A stretch of DNA of 32,000 nucleotides from Prochlorococcus marinus str. NATL2A (GTDB taxonomy: Bacteria > Cyanobacteriota > Cyanobacteriia > PCC-6307 > Cyanobiaceae). The position numbers and the translations under genes are program-made. Below are positions 26,909 to 32,000 of the stretch, piece after piece (within the stretch, counting starts at the first letter, position 1; the number at the start of each line of letters is the position of its first letter). The notes beneath the pieces are model-generated. The model saw only the letters and a program-made list of their open reading frames with translations. It did not search any database and was not told where the DNA came from. The stretch lies in assembly GCF_000012465.1 (NCBI RefSeq), contig NC_007335.2, forward strand, positions 720,001 through 752,000. The letters run 5' to 3'.

Positions 26909-27988
26909 TTATTTTAATTTTTCCGCCAATAGTTCACCCATTTGAGAGCAACCAACCTGTTTAGTCGTCTGAATGCTCATTAAGTCAGAAGTTCTATAAC
27001 CGTCATTAAGAATTTCGTTAATTGCATTTTCTAAAAAAGTTGCCGCTTCTGTTTCATTAAGGGCAATTTTTAACATCATTGCAGCAGATAAGAGCATTGC
27101 TATTGGATTAGCTATATCTTTTCCTGCGATGTCAGGAGCTGAGCCATGAACAGGTTCAAAGACACCTGGCCCATCAGTGGTTAACGAAGCAGAAGGAAGC
27201 ATGCCAATTGATCCTGTCAGCATGGCTGCAATGTCGCTAAGAATATCTCCAAATAAATTACCTGTAAGAATCACATCAAATTGGCTTGGATTTCTAACAA
27301 GTTGCATTGCTGCATTGTCTACATATTGATGCGTAAGTTCTATATCTTTGTATTTGTTAGACACCAATATTGTTTCCTCTCTCCATAGTTGACTTACATC
27401 TAAAACATTAGCTTTATCAACTGAGCAAACTTTTTGATTTCTTTGTTTGGCTAATTTAAAAGCAATTTCTGCTATTCGATTCACTTCCTCGGAGGTGTAT
27501 GTCATCGTGTTAAATGCCCTTTCTCCTTTATCTGTTTTTATCCTTCCTTTTGGTTCTCCAAAGTAAATACCGCTGGTAAGTTCTCTAACTACTACTAAAT
27601 CAACTTCTTTAACAAAGTCTTCTTTCAAACTACTTGCTTTTGTTAAGGATGGAATTATTTTTACTGGCCTTATATTTGCAAAAAGATCCAAAGAAGATCG
27701 GAGATTGAGTAGGCCTGTCTCAGGCCTTTTCTCTCTAGGTAATTCGTCATACTTTGGGTCTCCTATTGCCGCTAACAAAACAGCATCAGAGTTCTTACAT
27801 TCTTGAAGAGTTCTATCTGGGAAGGGGATACCATCTGAATCTATTGCTGATCCCCCGAAAGGCATTTCTTTAAATTTGATTTCAAAGCCAAATTTCCTTG
27901 AGACTAGGTCAAGGATTTTATGAGTGACGTTTGTTATCTCTGGACCAATTCCATCTCCTGGCAATAATGTTATTTTGTAAGACTTCAT
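26909..27988 (-). CDS. leuB: 3-isopropylmalate dehydrogenase
   Basis: 359 aa. LPGDGIGPE, NLFGDILSD, GSAPDIAG. Confidence 0.95.
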   Translation of the reverse strand: MKSYKITLLPGDGIGPEITNVTHKILDLVSRKFGFEIKFKEMPFGGSAIDSDGIPFPDRTLQECKNSDAVLLAAIGDPKYDELPREKRPETGLLNLRSSLDLFANIRPVKIIPSLTKASSLKEDFVKEVDLVVVRELTSGIYFGEPKGRIKTDKGERAFNTMTYTSEEVNRIAEIAFKLAKQRNQKVCSVDKANVLDVSQLWREETILVSNKYKDIELTHQYVDNAAMQLVRNPSQFDVILTGNLFGDILSDIAAMLTGSIGMLPSASLTTDGPGVFEPVHGSAPDIAGKDIANPIAMLLSAAMMLKIALNETEAATFLENAINEILNDGYRTSDLMSIQTTKQVGCSQMGELLAEKLK

Positions 27989-28014
27989 TTTGTGTTCTTA
28001 ATCAAGAAGAAAAC

Positions 28015-29067
28015 TTACCTGGATTTTTTTCGATCTAATTGACGAATAGCTTTTGCTATCTCAGGTAGTTTTTTGAAATTAGCAGAGCATCTCAACCATA
28101 ATTTATTTGGAATAGCTGGGAAGCCGCTAACAACAGTTCCTGCCTCGATATTTGATACTATTCCTGTTTTAGAACTGGCTATCACTCCATCGCCAATTTT
28201 AACTCTATTGCTGATACCAACTTGTCCAGCAAGAATAACTCCGTCTCCAATCTGTGCTCCTCCAGCAATTCCAACTTGAGCAGCCATAGCACATCCTTTA
28301 CCAGTAGTTACTCCATGACCAATTTGAACTAGGTTATCAATTTTTGTATCTTCACCAATTATTGTCTCTCCTACTGAAGGCCTATCAATCGTTGATCCAC
28401 TACCAACTTCTACTTTATTTTTTAAAATAACTATTCCCACTTGAGGCATTTTCTTCCATCCATTTGATGTGGGCACGAATCCAAAACCTTCACCACCAAT
28501 AACAGCATTGGCATTAATTACACACTTGTCACCAAGTTTAGATCCAGAATGAATAACACTATTTGCGTGAATTAAATTTTTGGAACCAATTCTTACATTT
28601 CTATATAGAACAACTCCTGCATGAATGATAGTCCCAGCTCCAATTTCTGTATTATCTCCAATATAAGCATTAGCTCCGATTGAAACTCCAAGACCAATTT
28701 TTACATTCTGACCGATGACCGCACTTTTATGTATGCCTTCACTTTCCACATTAGAAGGATAAAGAAACTCTAATGTTTCAGCAAAAGCAATCTTGGGCTC
28801 TTTAAGTATTATCCAATCAACTGAAATTTTCTTTGCTATTTCAATAATATAAGTATCATTTGCTGGTAATAATAGAGCAGATGCTTTTGAAGTCTCTATG
28901 AGATTTCTAAGATTTAATGGACTATTATTGTCTAGAAAACTTATGTCATTATCCTTGGCATTTTCTAAAGAAGCTGCGGTTAAAATAACTGGATTGTTTT
29001 TTATTTTAAAGTCAACGACACCAGATTGACCTTTCTTCAGTTTTTCGACAATTTCAATGAATTGCAT
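28015..29067 (-). CDS. lpxD: UDP-3-O-acylglucosamine N-acyltransferase
   Basis: 350 aa. N-terminal LpxD domain followed by extended hexapeptide (left-handed beta-helix) repeats. Confidence 0.85.
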   Translation of the reverse strand: MQFIEIVEKLKKGQSGVVDFKIKNNPVILTAASLENAKDNDISFLDNNSPLNLRNLIETSKASALLLPANDTYIIEIAKKISVDWIILKEPKIAFAETLEFLYPSNVESEGIHKSAVIGQNVKIGLGVSIGANAYIGDNTEIGAGTIIHAGVVLYRNVRIGSKNLIHANSVIHSGSKLGDKCVINANAVIGGEGFGFVPTSNGWKKMPQVGIVILKNKVEVGSGSTIDRPSVGETIIGEDTKIDNLVQIGHGVTTGKGCAMAAQVGIAGGAQIGDGVILAGQVGISNRVKIGDGVIASSKTGIVSNIEAGTVVSGFPAIPNKLWLRCSANFKKLPEIAKAIRQLDRKKSR

Positions 29068-29112
29068 GATTTGATTTAATTGGGGAAGTGAAAATTACTA
29101 TTGTTATCTGAG

Positions 29113-30195
29113 TTATTCACTTGTTAGAACCAGAACATCTCGGTGGATAACTAGAGGAGATCCTGTTGTTTCGGATCTTGAATTAATTCCTATCTTTATA
29201 GCATCACTGCTCATTGAGCAAATTCCCTTAGCAAATTCCTCTCCTTCCGTGTTAATAACTTTTACAGGTTGATTAGCAATAAAATCTCCACTAACTTTTT
29301 TTACCCCAACTAATAATAGTGAAGCACCTTTGTTTTTGATAGCTTCACTAGCACCATCATCTAAGTGTATTTCTCCGACTGGTTTAATTGCATGTGCCAA
29401 CCAACTTTTTCTATTCCCGATAGGGTTTGGATTGGGGTGAAAAACAGTTCCTATTTTTTTTCCATCAAGTAATTCGCCTAATATTTTCGGATCTCTGCCA
29501 TCTGCTAATTGAACTTTTATCCCGCTTTCAGTGGCGATCTTTGCAGCAGTTAATTTTGTTTTTATTCCTCCAGTCCCCCATGAAGTTTGTTCATTTGCTA
29601 GTTCTAAATTATTTAATTCTTTTGAATTGTTAATATCTTTGATTGGCTTAGCTTTACTATTGATTTTGGGATCAGAAGAGTAGAGATGATCGATATCAGT
29701 TAATAATATTAATTGATCAGCAGATATAGCTGTTGCAACTAATGCAGATAAAGTATCATTATCACCATACTTTAGCTCTTCATCTGAGGTTATATCATTT
29801 TCGTTTACGATTGGTATAACATCCCATTCGAGCAACCTTTTTAATGTTTGCGAAGCAGAATTATAACTATTTCTTGATCCTAATTCTGACCTAGTTAATA
29901 ATATTTGCGCAACTTTATATCCAAAACTGCTCATAGCCTTTTCATACAAAGCCATTAAATGAAGTTGACCTATTGCAGCAGAAGCTTGAAGAGAGATTAT
30001 TTCTTTAGGTCTTGTCTTGAATCTCATTTGATGACATCCAAGTCCTACAGCACCACTAGAAACCAATATAATTTTATCGCCATTCCTTTGAGCTTTTGAT
30101 ATATAAGAACAATAATCGTTAATTACATCAAAAGTTGTATATTTATCGTTTCCTCTCAAAAGGCTTGTGCCAATCTTTATTACCCAGGTTGTCAT
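29113..30195 (-). CDS. proB: Glutamate 5-kinase (with C-terminal PUA domain)
   Basis: 360 aa. VIKIGTS, SSGAVG, NENDT and a PUA-like C-terminus. Confidence 0.9.
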   Translation of the reverse strand: MTTWVIKIGTSLLRGNDKYTTFDVINDYCSYISKAQRNGDKIILVSSGAVGLGCHQMRFKTRPKEIISLQASAAIGQLHLMALYEKAMSSFGYKVAQILLTRSELGSRNSYNSASQTLKRLLEWDVIPIVNENDITSDEELKYGDNDTLSALVATAISADQLILLTDIDHLYSSDPKINSKAKPIKDINNSKELNNLELANEQTSWGTGGIKTKLTAAKIATESGIKVQLADGRDPKILGELLDGKKIGTVFHPNPNPIGNRKSWLAHAIKPVGEIHLDDGASEAIKNKGASLLLVGVKKVSGDFIANQPVKVINTEGEEFAKGICSMSSDAIKIGINSRSETTGSPLVIHRDVLVLTSE

Positions 30196-30698
30196 AAAAT
30201 GTCTCCAGTTATAATTCTTGCTAAGTATCTTTCTAAGGATTGAAAATTATTTTTTTCAATTCTTTTTCCATAATAATCTACCGAATCTACCAATATTGTA
30301 TACATTCCTAATCTATTGCCTACAAGAATATCTGTAAAAACTCTATCTCCAATTATTGCTACTTCATTTGATGAATATGGAATTTTGTCTATTATCTTCT
30401 TTAACTTTTTTTTACTTGGTTTGCCACCAGAGCATGTAAATTCTAAATCTAATTCATCAGCAATTAATTTTATTCTGCTTTTAGATGGATTATTGCTGAA
30501 TAAGTAAATATAAAAGTATTTTTTTGAATTATCAATCCAATTTTTTATGTCACTTGAAAGTACCGGCTTTTTCCCAGAAATTAATGTTCCATCTACATCA
30601 AGTATTAGTGCTTTGACGTTTTTCGATGATAAATCATTTATCGAGATCTTTGAAATTTTATCGTTTACCTTCCAATTTGGAATAAGTAATTCTTTAAT
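30192..30698 (-). CDS. YqeG-family HAD-IIIA phosphatase (not in the ORF track; no canonical start codon)
   Basis: My own minus-strand translation gives an open frame at 30722..30195 and a TGA stop at 30194..30192. HAD motifs: I LDVDGT, II SNN, III GGKP, IV GDRVFTD. Collinear with B. subtilis YqeG as recalled. The first ATG/GTG/TTG is too far 3' to keep motifs I-IV. I propose the ATT at 30698..30696; the exact start is uncertain. Confidence 0.7.
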   Translation of the reverse strand: MKELLIPNWKVNDKISKISINDLSSKNVKALILDVDGTLISGKKPVLSSDIKNWIDNSKKYFYIYLFSNNPSKSRIKLIADELDLEFTCSGGKPSKKKLKKIIDKIPYSSNEVAIIGDRVFTDILVGNRLGMYTILVDSVDYYGKRIEKNNFQSLERYLARIITGDIL

Positions 30699-30700
30699 GT

Positions 30701-31237
30701 TTATTCTGATAATCCCCTTCCCTCAAGTTCAGCTTCAATTCCTGATTGTATCTTGTCAAACTCTTCACCTTCAACAAGCTTTACTTCTCCATCTTCTAGC
30801 TTTCCGACTATGAAGAAAGGGTCAAGAGGAATGTATAGACCATACTCATTACTTTCAACTCTAAAATTGACAAGTAGCTCGTAGGTTTCTGACTCGTCAT
30901 CAATGTCTTCTTCCTCAATTTCTTCTGGTTCAGGCTCATCTAATTCGCCTGAGACTGTAAGTGTGATAGCTGAGCGAACAAGTCTAAGATCGTGTTCTTG
31001 AAGAACAACATCAGCTACTTCAAGTATTGGCTCATTCTTTTCAATTGTTTCTATTAGCTTGGGATCTTGATCGTCAATCAATTGAAATAGAGATACAGGA
31101 GTATCTACTGGAGTTAACAGGGCATATTCATTGCCTTCAAGAGGTACTACTTGTTCAAGAAAACACAGGAGATCTGAACCTTGAGAATCTTTAACTAAAA
31201 GAGTCGGTACTTGGTCGTTTTTATTTGTTGTTGACAT
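30701..31237 (-). CDS. Acidic DUF1292/DUF3727-like protein
   Basis: 178 aa, very acidic (EPEPEEIEEEDIDDESE). The EYALLTP and YELL..F....EYG.Y pattern resembles DUF1292-type proteins. Lies downstream of ruvX, as in Firmicutes. Confidence 0.5.
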   Translation of the reverse strand: MSTTNKNDQVPTLLVKDSQGSDLLCFLEQVVPLEGNEYALLTPVDTPVSLFQLIDDQDPKLIETIEKNEPILEVADVVLQEHDLRLVRSAITLTVSGELDEPEPEEIEEEDIDDESETYELLVNFRVESNEYGLYIPLDPFFIVGKLEDGEVKLVEGEEFDKIQSGIEAELEGRGLSE

Positions 31238-31301
31238 AGTTGAGTTCTTATTAATCTGTGTCTAGTTTTATTTGATTATGTTTTTACATCATATTCAAAA
31301 T

Positions 31302-31978
<677 letters not shown>

Positions 31979-32000
31979 ATTATTAATTCTATTTGGAATA

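Noticed and set aside
30316-30813. Plus-strand ORFs 30316..30507 and 30547..30813 from the track.
   Set aside because: They are antisense shadows of the YqeG-type HAD gene and the DUF3727-like gene. Their products are Leu/Phe/Ile-rich with no motifs, whereas the minus strand encodes complete HAD motifs.

Overview
The window is a densely packed stretch (about 90% coding) of low-GC cyanobacterial core genome. Gene content and protein sequences fit a marine picocyanobacterium of the Prochlorococcus type; that assignment comes from recalled protein families, not from a search. I support 37 protein-coding genes. Most are housekeeping or central-carbon genes: chlP (5' end only), typA, lptB, an lptF/G-type permease, ccsA, rpe, glpX-type FBP/SBPase, hemA, glgC, gnd, pgl, ilvD, purS, purQ, class I aldolase, accD, prk, leuB, lpxD, proB and ruvX. 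I saw no rRNA, tRNA, CRISPR array, transposase, integrase or phage genes, and nothing that looks like a defence or toxin island. I therefore do not claim a convincing novel multi-gene system. The leads worth a second look are: (1) an intact YqeG-type HAD phosphatase gene that the ORF track missed because it has no ATG/GTG/TTG start; (2) a COG0523 metallochaperone gene carrying two abutting perfect in-frame hexanucleotide microsatellites (NQ and HD repeats); (3) a 61-aa ORF with two CxxCxGxG zinc-finger motifs directly downstream of it; (4) a perfect 10-bp inverted repeat in the divergent rpe/glpX promoter region; (5) a proteobacterial-looking (class I) phosphoribulokinase; (6) a UPRT homologue with degenerate catalytic motifs; (7) an ArnT/PMT_2-like polytopic membrane protein beside the LPS-export genes. 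All functional calls rest on motif recognition and recalled homology and need database confirmation.
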